The notes beneath the pieces are model-generated. The model did no database searches, was not told the origin of the DNA, and was given only the letters and a program-made list of their open reading frames with translations. A DNA stretch of 64,000 nt from Octopus sinensis (Eukaryota), in the NCBI RefSeq assembly GCF_006345805.1, contig NC_043001.1, positions 105,152,001 to 105,216,000 of the forward strand. Direction: 5' to 3'. Made by a program: the position numbers and the translations under genes. Shown in pieces: positions 53,558 to 64,000 of this stretch. Every line of letters begins with the position of its first letter. The stretch's first letter is position 1.

Positions 53558-53593
53558 CTCTTTGACGTTTCGGAACAGGTGGTGTTTCATCAC
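53558..53593 (-). ncRNA. Degenerate hammerhead-like motif
   Basis: Minus: GTGATGA-AACA-CCACC-TGTT-CC-GAAAC-GTC-AAAGAG; stem I does not pair well. Confidence 0.3.
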
Positions 53594-54112
53594 TGATATG
53601 AAGAAACGAGCATAAAAAAGCAAAATGAAATAAAGAAAACACGAATGTTTAATTATATGGTTGTGTCTGAGATCCTATGTGTGTGCATTTGTGTGTGTAT
53701 GTGTGTTTGTGTGTGTGTGCGCGCGAAATATCGTTTGTCTATGCGTAGATTTGCTATGGTCTGTTTTGTTCTATCTGTGACTGTCGACAAACGCATATTT
53801 ATATTTGTCTATATGGTTATTGTATGACCTGCGTGGGTGTCTATTCTGTATGAGGGCTGGGTGTTTATGGAAATTGTGTATCAACACTGACGTTTCTAGG
53901 TGGTTGAGAAGCTTGCTTCCAGAGTATATGGGCTTGGATTTTAGCTCCACTGCGTGTAACCTTGCTAAAGGTCTCTTCGAATATATCACCAGTCCGACCA
54001 AAGTCTTGAGTGAATGTGATGGGCAGAAATTGAAAGAGATCGGTCATGTGTGTATATATATGTGTGTATATATATATGTATATATATATATATATATATA
54101 TAAATATACAGT

Positions 54113-54154
<42 letters not shown>

Positions 54155-54434
54155 GAGAGAGAGATTCAGATGAATATGGTACTTAAGTTGAGGCGGCAGA
54201 GTTTAGTACGGCAATATCCATACAATTTCAAAATAAAGTGATTATATCAAAATAAGCAGCAAGAATATCTAGATCCTTGTTGCTTATTTATCTCTATATA
54301 TATATATGTGTATGTATATATGTGTGTGTGTGTCTGTCAGTGTCTGCATGTGTGTGTGTATGTGTTTGTGTGTGTGTGTGTACGTGTGTACGTGTGTGTG
54401 TTTGTGCGTGTGTGTGTGTGTGTGTGTTATATTT

Positions 54435-54560
54435 CTGAGATTGCCCCTACTGTGGGGTTTGTTGCAACAGGGGCAACCTCAGAATTAGGATCAGCCATTA
54501 CAACAAAAAAGAAATACAGGAAGCAGACTGGTTGCTATAGCAACACCAGTCTGCGCATGT
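54435..54560. promoter_or_regulatory. Candidate promoter/enhancer: palindromic RFX X-box with adjacent ETS-like and NRF1-like motifs
   Basis: GTTGCTATAGCAAC at 54531-54544, CAGGAAG at 54517-54523, GCGCATG at 54553-54559, in a locally GC-richer non-repeat patch. Confidence 0.45.
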
Positions 54561-54650
54561 CATCTTCCTCCTTCCTCCATTTCCTCCTTACACCACGCAA
54601 AGCTTCACTAAATCTACTTCATTTTAATATAGATATACATATATACATAT

Positions 54651-54697
<47 letters not shown>

Positions 54698-55192
54698 CAG
54701 AGGGAGAGGAGGAGAGAGAGGGAGAGAGAAGAAGAAGGAGACAGAGACATAGATACACGCATTAGCACCACTCACGCACACGTTCATTTGCTAGGTCCAA
54801 AGTTCTCCCGCTTGACACTTGCACCTGTAGCGGAGTCGCCTGTTTCTTCTTCTTTCGGTGATCCCAGCCTGCTGTGACTATCTGAGACACACCTACTCCT
54901 TTCTCTTATCATCTTTAAATGTCTTTGTCTATCCTTCCTGTAAAAGAACGTATGCTCTAAACGCAAAATAACTCTAAGTCTGTTTATCCTAAGAATAAAT
55001 CTAATACACTGTTTTCTCTTTTTTATTTTTACCTCACCTTCGTTTTCTTTTGCACCATACACAGACACACACGCAGACACCCACACATTGATAGAGGCAT
55101 ATATATATATATATGCAGTGTATTTGCTTGGAATTTATAAATAATAACTCATGTAAGTCAACTGTTGTTAATCAGAACTCCATTTTCTGTTT

Positions 55193-55226
<34 letters not shown>

Positions 55227-56282
55227 TGTATTGCTAGAAAGAGTGTCTGTGAGGCAGGCAGACATGAAATAAATATCATATGTCAGTTTTGGCCTATTTT
55301 TAAAGAACGAATCAGTGTGGTGGACCGGTAGAATGGCATTTAATCTTTCGCATACAAAGCAAGACAACTCGGATATTGATTGCAAATTTTTGTTTGGAAT
55401 TTACAATGCATTTAATTTATAACCAACTACGTAAACATAACACATAATAATTCCAAATACATTCATATCCATGCCACACATATAGTTATAATATTTATAT
55501 AATGTTTAGTAACGGAAATGTATGGTAAATATATAGATAGATATAATATTAAAAATTATATGAAAAATACTTGTCACAAATACAGATATAATACCTTGTA
55601 ATTATGACGCATTGAAATACTGACGCCTCATAGAAAAATTACATATAGTAGTTCGGAAGGTATTTGAATAAAATCATTTTATATCCAGCATGATTATTCT
55701 ATAAAACGTATGCAGCAATGAAAGACTCCCATTACCCTAGTCTATGCTATTCTGTTTAACATGTTTGCTGCTTGCTAATCGTTATTCTATATATTTTTCC
55801 TTTTGCTTATCATAAATAGTTGTCACGATTTTAAAATTTTTCACGTATTTTACAGGTTTTCGAAATCGTCAGCATCTTGTGGATGCTTTCACAGTTATCT
55901 TAGCTCTGTATCTTTTTCCGCATTCTGTTACTTGCTTATCATATTGGCCACAATTTCGTTGATTATTTCTCCGTTTTCTCTGCTCATCCCTCGCCTATAC
56001 TTGCTCTCCCAATAATCGCTCATGTTCCACTACCTCATTCCTTGTTAATACATATGTTTTTTCGCGCCGCTCCAAACGCGACACTCGCTTTTTCTTTCAT
56101 AATATCAGTATACGTCCTTACTACTATCACAGATTAAGCCTGTAACAAAAAGATTATGAGCAATGCACTGAATGTCTCTACTACATCTTATAAACTGAAA
56201 TAATTTTACGTTTAAGCTTTAAATATTAGTATATTGAAAATCGCTGCATCCTCACTCTCCCTCTCTATCAATACATATGTAT

Positions 56283-56592
56283 ATCACGTGATCACGTGAC
56301 CGACCAGGCCATCAGATGTTGCTACACATCGCTGGTCACAATGTGCTTCGCATTGCTTTAGCCTTCAACGACGCCACCCCGCTGGCTAAGCGAGCAGGCT
56401 AACAGAAGAAAGAGTGAGAGAAAGTTGTGGTGAAAGAGTACAGCAGGGATCGCCACGATCCCCTGCCGGAGCCTCGTGGAAATGTAGGTGTTTTCACTCA
56501 ATAAACAATCACAACGCCCTGTCTGAGAATCGAAACCACGATTCTACGACCGCGAGTCCGCTGCCCTGACCACTGGGCCATTGCGCCTCCAC
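56283..56592 (-). mobile_element. SINE family C with alternative 3' tail
   Basis: Head GGAGGCGCAATGGCCCAGTGGTCAGGGCAGCGGACTCGCGGTCG; shared middle; tail CTGATGGCCTGGTCGGTCACGTGATCACGTGATA. Confidence 0.85.
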
Positions 56593-56978
56593 ACATGTGT
56601 ATATAAATTGATAAATACATAAACACGAACACAGAGACTCTCTCCACATACCCAATCAGATATACATCGACATACTTATGTTTACCAAATAATGACACCC
56701 CTTAAAACTGTAATAATACTAATAAAAATATCCCCGACTATGAGCTGCATAGCATTATCAATGGTTCGTATACGACAAATACCTCTAGCAGTGATAACCT
56801 CAACCCCAGCACAATTCGTTTAAGCAGAGTTGATCACCACAATACGCCAGGCTTTAACAGTCATAACCAAATATCTGAATATAATCAGGAAGCCCAAAAT
56901 AATGTCTACTAATTTTATCAGAATCTATAGTGAGGCTTATACAACTATTAATGACCGTAGAGTACATACAGGGGAACC

Positions 56979-57220
56979 CTTCTGTACTCTTTCACCCCAA
57001 CTTTTTCTCACTCATTACTCCTGTTTCTCTTGTACATGTATTACAAAGGGGTCAGCCTTGTCACAGTCTGTGTCACGTTGAATCTCCCCGAGAACTATGT
57101 TAAGCTTACACGTGTCTGTGGAGTACTCAGCCACTTGTACAATAATTTCACGAACAGCGTGTTGCATTCATCGGATCAACTGGGACCCTCATCGTCTTAA
57201 ACCGATGGAGTACCACGATG
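56979..57220 (+). mobile_element. SINE family C, 3' portion
   Basis: CTGTACTCTTTCACC..TGAATCTCCCCGAGAACTATGTTAAG..GGAGTACTCAGCCACTTG; homologous to the 28.4 kb copy. Confidence 0.8.
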
Positions 57221-57649
57221 GACACTTAAGACTTTCTCGTCTCCCTCTCTCCATCTCATCTTCACCTGTTCTCTTTCCGCCCTCTTCTCACCTGTGTCTC
57301 CAATGAGATCCATGCATTATTTGCATCTCCTTTATTAGTATTTTCTTCTTTAATCATATCAATGCAACTAGCGTTTATTTATTACTTCGTGCCTGGTTAA
57401 TTTTCAATCCCGACCGCTTACCACCATCTCTTCTTTTCCACTATTGTCCCCTTTTTAAAAGACCTCTCTTTGATCTTGTTCACATATTCTTTTTGAACTT
57501 TTATTTTTCTTCATCTTCACGCCGCCATCTTATGTCTGCTAAGCCCTAATTCTCTTTAGATACTTCACCCTCTCTCCAATCCCATCTCTCCTTCGCTGTT
57601 TCTCGATCTAACGCCTCAATCTCATTTCTCCCTTGTTGTTGACAGGCTT

Positions 57650-57930
57650 CGATGCAATGTTCTTTCTGCTCAAGCTCGGGACCAACATGGCAGAGACATA
57701 CAGGCTGCAAGTTCAATTGAGACGTTAAGATTATTTGCACGGACCCATACAATAAACAAAAAGAAAAAATAAACATCAGCAATGTTTCCAGTGGCAAGGG
57801 CGCTTCACAAGCGAACGTCTCTGATAGACGATGGGCGACCTGGAAAACCTATTACGAGAGTCATCCCCGGAAATGGGGGTGGAAATTTCATCAGCTTGTG
57901 CATGAGGATCACCGAAGGACAACCAAATTG
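57650..57930 (+). mobile_element. Mariner transposase N-terminal relic
   Basis: Frameshifted pieces FFLLKLGTNMAETY, RTSLIDDGRPGKPIT and FHQLVHEDHRRT match the mariner HTH region (KFC.KLGK.A.ET / DD.RSGRP / V.EDRR). Confidence 0.7.
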
Positions 57931-58196
57931 CGCATTTAAACCGCTTGGTGACTTTGTCTATTTGTAACTCCTCTCCGGTGCCTCACATATTCCAGCTTAT
58001 ACTTAAAGAAGAAATGACGCGATAAACCATGGCAACATCCAGTCTATCTGTTGATAAATGTCAGTACAGACAAACACACGCACAAAAACGCACACACATG
58101 CATGTATGCATATGTGTATGTATTTGTTTACATATACAAATGTGTATATATACACGTTGACACATGTCTGTAGATAAATATATATGTATAGGCGCG

Positions 58197-58255
<59 letters not shown>

Positions 58256-58269
58256 TTGTTCACATATAC

Positions 58270-58655
58270 AGGCGCAGAAGTGGCTGTGTGGTAAGTAGCT
58301 TGCTTACCAACCACATGGTTCCGGGTTCAGTCCCACTGCGTGGCACCTTGGGCAAGTGTCTTATCTATAGTCTCGGATCGACCAAGTCTTGTGAGTGGAT
58401 TTGGTAGACGGAAACTGAAAGAAGCCCGTCGTATATACGTATCTATGTATGTATATGTGCGTGAGTGTGTGTGTTTGTGTGTGTGTTTGTCCCCCCAACA
58501 TCGTTTGACAACCGGTGCTGGTGTATTTACGTTCCCGTAACTTAGCAGTTCTGCTTACAAAGAATATGTCCTGGCGTCGATTTACTCGACTAAAAGGCGG
58601 TGCTCCAGCATGGTCGCAGTCAAGTGACTGAAACAAGTAAAAAGAGTAAAAAGAA
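58270..58655 (+). mobile_element. SINE family B, best-preserved copy
   Basis: GGCGCAGAAGTGGCTGTGTGGTAAGTAGC..GGTTCAGTCCC..GGCACCTTGGGCAAGTGTCTT (CORE-domain-like start)..(GT)n..AAGTAAAAAGAGTAAAAAG tail. Confidence 0.9.
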
Positions 58656-59327
58656 TATACAAAACTGTATATATACACGTTGACACATGTTTGTGGATAA
58701 ATATATATGTATAGGCGCGTATATATATGTTTGTGTTTGTGTGTATTTGTGCGTGTGCGTTTGTGTGTACATATATATTGATTAATCATGCGTGAAACTA
58801 TCTAAAGAAACAATAAAGCATAAATATATTAATAAAAATATTTGTGGTAATTATTCCTTTTATCCCAAATCACTTCTTTTCGTTTTAATCACTTGAGTAT
58901 GATCCTCAGACACTTTCGGCAATGCTGTAATTCGTTCACTGATCTCTACAGCGAAGCAACAGGACAAAGCGAAATCATTATTGACGTGGTGTTTCTAAAA
59001 TCATAAACAAACGATGAAAGAATTGAGATGTGTTTGATATAATTTTCCATGACCAGAACAGCAATAGTATATAAGTTATCGACATAGCGTTACAAATTTA
59101 CTATAATGGTGTGCAAATTCAAGCTGAACGACCGAAGAATTACATTCGTCTCCTTTCTGGATTCGAAGCCTTCTGAAAGTTGAACAATGTATCTATCGTT
59201 CTATTTGTATTTGCAGCAGACGGAACAATCGAGAAGAATTTCTGTAAGGTCTTTGTCATTCCAATAAAGATTAATCAAATGCTCTTTCTCAAAAATAGCA
59301 GCACTATAATAATTATTATTGTTAGAA

Positions 59328-59560
59328 AGGCGGCGAGCTGGCAGAAATGTTAGCACGCCGGGCGAAATGCTTAGAATTATTTCGTCTGCCGCTACGTTTT
59401 GAGTTCAAATTCCTCCGAGGTCGACTTTGCCTTTCATCCTTTCGGAGTCGATTAAATAAAGTACCAGTTACGCACTGATGTCGATATAACCGACTTAATC
59501 CCTTTGTCTGTCCTTGTTTGTCCCCTCTATGTTTAGCCCCTTGTGGGCAATAAATAAATA
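59328..59560 (+). mobile_element. SINE family A, full copy with 23-bp TSD
   Basis: Flanked by TATAATAATTATTATTG(T/C)TAGAA at 59305-59327 and 59561-59583. Confidence 0.9.
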
Positions 59561-62019
59561 TATAATAATTATTATTGCTAGAACATTCTCACATAGTTCT
59601 TATTAAACTCAATCAATGTTCTTATGTATTAACTATGAACAGAGACAGATTCGTTTGTTAGTATTTAAGACTAATGTGTGGTTGATGTAATCGTCCTACC
59701 CCTTTCCCGAAATTCTGCCAAAATTTGAAACCAGTATTTAAGATTGAACATTGTCATTATTCTTTGACATCCTTTTTATTTCAAATTATTTGTGGCATAT
59801 TTTCCGTTGAACCTTCTATGGATTATTTCGCAATTTTTGAACTCATTTAAATTCTTGTCGAATTTGAATAATTGTATGCATTTCCTCTGAGGTGCATACT
59901 ATCATGCTAGATAAAGAAACAACGGTAAGAGTAGTAAAACAAGAACATGCCTTCAGAAATTCTGTGTTGGCCTGGTCGCAGTTCAATACAGGGAACCTAA
60001 AGAAACAGACTGGGGGAAAACCGATACATAAGGGAATGCTGAAATGTTGAAAGGAATATTATAGCCATAAATTAATATTAAACAGAAGAAAATTTCCCAA
60101 AATGAACAAGAACTCACATCGTAACGGCCATCAATTTTCTGCCCATGCTTATGAAATTCCCATCAGGACGCTACATATGATGGCATGAACACGCACACAC
60201 ACACAAACACACACACACACACACACACACAAGCACACACACATAGACACACACACTGGCACAGACACAGACACACACACTCACACAAGAAAGAACAAGA
60301 AAAGAATTATTACTTTTAGAATACACTATCGAATGTAGACGACGTAACGAATAAACAATCATATCAAAATGAAGAGAATTCAACGTCCGCTCTTGCATAT
60401 ATAAATGAAGACGATATCATTCAACCAGAGATTAAAAGCAGAAAACATACTTTGAATATGAATAATAAACTACAGTCAGTAACCGATGAACGCTATCAGA
60501 ATCTAATTAAAAGGTCGAACTTTATTAGTCATTCGTCAAATGTGGAAAACAAAACAGCTAAAACATAAAAAGACTTGCGAATAATGGCTGTCTATTCTAT
60601 ATTAATCTTTTACAGTCTCTCTGTCCACGTCGTTCATTATTGTGAGGGAACAAGATGCAATATCGAATCATTGGGACGATAAAAGCCTAGCATACGTAGA
60701 TTTATAACCAAGTCACAAAAGAAAAAATGTGGGTTAGAAACTGAAAGAAAAAATTGAAAACATGAAACAGATATTCTTGCATTCTACAATTAGACGAAGA
60801 AGTTCTATATGATTTATGCAGAGAAAATACTTAATAGAAACGAAAACAATACCAAAACTTAGAACATGTACAGAATCTTGGCAAATAAACGGCATACCAG
60901 GAAGCCTCAAAGAAACATCTTAATGAATGAAAATCTCATTGATTGGGAATGTAAAAGGAAGGCAAATATGCAAATAGACATAAAAAATAATGAAAAACTC
61001 ACAGTTTTTAACGAAGTCCAGACTGTACAGAAAACGAGACAACTGAGAAGCACATAGAGCAAAAAATCCTCAAAGTTTCAGATGGAACAATATAGCAGAG
61101 AATAATCTAAGACCGGGAAGAAAGGAATCTGTCACTTGAAAAGTTGAATGGATTATGCAAACGATTGTAATATATTAATGAACAAAGGTTGAGGAAATTG
61201 CTTTCGTTTGGGATATGCCAAACCACAACTAGAGATGTACATACCTATACGTATAATATATAGGTACATAAGTACATGCATGCTATGGAGTATAATCCTA
61301 TGGCGAGAGTTGTGTAACTTCCAACTGATAAGTTGAGTTTCAAAAGGCAATAATGCATAGTAATGTAGTGCAGGCAATTACGAGAGAAACTTCAATGCGG
61401 CAAAGGCATCTAAAACAAATGTAAGAATTATGCAAATGTAAGAATAAAGAAATAAAGGTAAGGAAACCATTGGGTTTGGAAGAACAAGCATTCTCCATTT
61501 TAATGTGGGTTGATTCTGGAAACGATTGAAAAAAATAAATACACAATATATTATGAAATACTCAGAATTTACATGTATCTTCAGACATCGATATTTACAT
61601 ATCCACATCTTCTGGGACATAAGATTAATCCTATAACTACAATGGTATTGCTCTAAAAAACAAGGCCATTAAATGAAAAAATATTTCTAGCTTGTTGCCT
61701 TCAACATACTCAAAATTGCAAGCATTGCCAATACCAAGAAAATATAAACCGTATTCCGAATTTTATTCCGCCTGGTTCATAAGTTTTCATGATGAATGTA
61801 AATGTATATGACCCCAACAATATGCTCATGTCTAAATTTGGTTTTTATCGTCTTTCCTTTAGCTTGTACAATGTCTTATGATCGAGTTTACCCTCCCGCG
61901 CACACATATCTAAATATATCAGTCAACATTACAAGTCAGTCTATCCACCAGATTACTAAGTGTACATTTATAATAATTTATATCCTCCTCCCTCAAACGC
62001 TTCGAAACGTTGTTGATGG

Positions 62020-62414
62020 TCAGAAGATCCTCATGTACAAGCTGATGAGTGTTCTCCACATTTCGTGGCAGGTCTTCCAGATCTTTTATCGTCTTTCAAG
62101 GATGTTATTTCGCTTTTGAAGCACCCATGCCACGCGAAATGATGCCGAAGCATGTAGCAGACTTCTCAAGTTTAACGCAAAATTTCCCGTTGATTTTTTG
62201 TTCAGCGTCCTGTAAATGACAAAAATTGTAAGCTACAGTATACACGTGATAACAAAAATACAAATGTCACAACTTGCGAAGTAAAGAGAACGGTATCACT
62301 TGGCACACTGCCTCATATATGTCACTGCTAGATCTCAAATAGCACACACTTATGTGCTGTCATTTGTTGGCCCGCTACAGAACTAGTCTGAAAACGTATT
62401 GGTATAGCCTCGTA
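62020..62414 (-). mobile_element. Mariner 5' end with TIR and transposase N-terminus
   Basis: Minus begins TA|CGAGGCTATACC, then reads AEQKINGKFCVKLEKSAT and WHGCFKSEITSLKDDKRSGRPAT. Shares CATCAGCTTGT(A/G)CATGAGGATC with the 57.9 kb copy. Confidence 0.75.
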
Positions 62415-62980
62415 TTCTTCACAATGTTCTTAATGACACCAAACTTGAATTCAAGAATATAAAACGGGAACTTAATTTTCTATAAATATAAGAAATAGTA
62501 AATACATACGTATGTGGCATTTCCATCAAAAACAAATATATACAAACACACACACACACACACACATACACACACACACTCATACATATATATATGTACG
62601 TACATGCATACTGATATGTGTGTATGTGTATGTTTGTATTCACGCGTGTGTTAGAGTGCATGTTTCTGTATGGTAGTGTATGTGTGATCGTATTATTTTT
62701 TCTCCCTTGTTTTTCATTACGATAACATCCACAGGCTGCGATGTCTCAAGTTTATAACAATTTGGTGCAACACAGCACACTCGACAATACATTAAAATAT
62801 TCTGTTTATATTTTATATCATACACATCTGTTCAAAATGTTGGTGAACATCCTTCTTGATGTATAGTTTCAGGCAAGTGATATAGAAAATAATGGTTGAA
62901 ATTCAAGAAAGAAATCTACATAAATAAATAAATATATATATACATACACCCCCACACCAGACACACATACACACACACAT

Positions 62981-63011
<31 letters not shown>

Positions 63012-63074
63012 CATATATATATACATACATATTCCTATATATATACATATATACACACATTATATATATACACA

Positions 63075-63137
<63 letters not shown>

Positions 63138-63839
63138 TATATATATAATATAAACAAATATACATATACAAATATATATATATGTGTGTGTGTATGCCTC
63201 TCTGTGTATTTGCATAGATATTTTGTTTATGATTCTATTTATAGAGAGTTCATGTTTATGTTCTTTGTACTTTTTTATATTTATCTGTATGTTTCCTATT
63301 GTTTTTAGAATCATATTTATTGCCTATATATTCGGTACACAGACGTGCGCGTGCATACAATCACACACACACGCACATACACACACAATCACACACACAT
63401 AAATGCATACACCTACACGTGTTCATGTATGTGCGTGCTTACATGTACCACTCGTGTCCTACAACTGCGTGTGTCTACGTAAAGGATTCTCTGAATAAAC
63501 TGTTTTTGATAAAATTCGTGTGTTTAACTGATTCACTCTACAACAGACTAGGTTTATAGATTTTGGCCAAGAGTGTATTCTTACGCAGATGCAAACAAAC
63601 TGTTTTTAGTTATAATACCTGGCTAACAAAAGATGGGTCAACCAGTGTATATCCCATCCAGTTATGGGTTCTCATCCTCGATTTAAATACTTTTCAACTG
63701 TCCCCAGATAGATCCATTTTTACGCGGTGCGTGACGAAATCGATTCGACCGATCTAGGGCAAGAACACTTTCTTGGTAGCATTTCAGTGAAATTGTGATC
63801 AAGACACCTGTTTAAATATTCAATGATGTAAGCACGTAT

Positions 63840-63970
63840 AGGCGCAGGTGTGTCTCTGTGGTAAACAGTTTGCTTCTCAACCACATGGTTTCTGGGTACA
63901 GCTCCTTGTACCATAGCATCGAGCCGAGCAAAGCCTGATAGAATGGATTTGATATACGGAAAGAGGCCTA
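63840..63970 (+). mobile_element. SINE family B 5' fragment
   Basis: GGCGCAGGTGTGTCTCTGTGGTAAACAGTTTGCTTCTCAACCACATGG head. Confidence 0.65.
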
Positions 63971-64000
63971 TATTATAGATGGTGTTTGCAAAGGTTAATC

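Noticed and set aside
59216-59250. 27-nt micro-exon (TTTGCAG|...|GTAAGG)
   Set aside because: The splice signals are good, but such a short match is likely by chance in 64 kb and cannot be supported without RNA data.
60780-61130. A-rich LINE-like stretch
   Set aside because: Composition is suggestive but I could not recover any diagnostic EN or RT motif.
62041-62160. CTGATGA and GAAGCATGTA on the plus strand as a hammerhead
   Set aside because: The stems do not pair, and the sequence is explained as the antisense of a mariner coding relic.

Overview
AT-rich, microsatellite-saturated eukaryotic genomic DNA, intron- or intergenic-like. The repeat content (three abundant tRNA-headed SINE families and dense (TA)n/(CA)n/(TATC)n/(TATG)n tracts) looks like a coleoid cephalopod, most likely Octopus; this is an inference from repeat style, not a database match. 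No complete host gene is recognisable, and almost all listed ORFs are microsatellite artefacts. The only convincing protein homology is to mobile elements: a 5'-truncated, disrupted Penelope-like element (RT thumb plus GIY-YIG, about 21.3-23.1 kb, minus strand), decayed RTE and CR1/L2 LINEs, mariner remnants and non-autonomous Helitrons. The most interesting signals are RNA-structural: (i) a well-formed type I hammerhead-ribozyme fold downstream of the Penelope ORF; (ii) a dispersed family of minimal hammerhead-like motifs in short non-coding repeats, all on the minus strand and twice in tandem pairs; (iii) several long fold-back palindromes (12.1, 14.8, 16.3, 25.4/27.9, 35.3 kb); (iv) SINE tandem dimers that reuse one junction; (v) a perfect RFX X-box within a promoter-like motif cluster at 54.5 kb. 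None of the hammerhead cores is fully canonical, so activity is unproven. Coordinates were read by eye and repeat edges are approximate.
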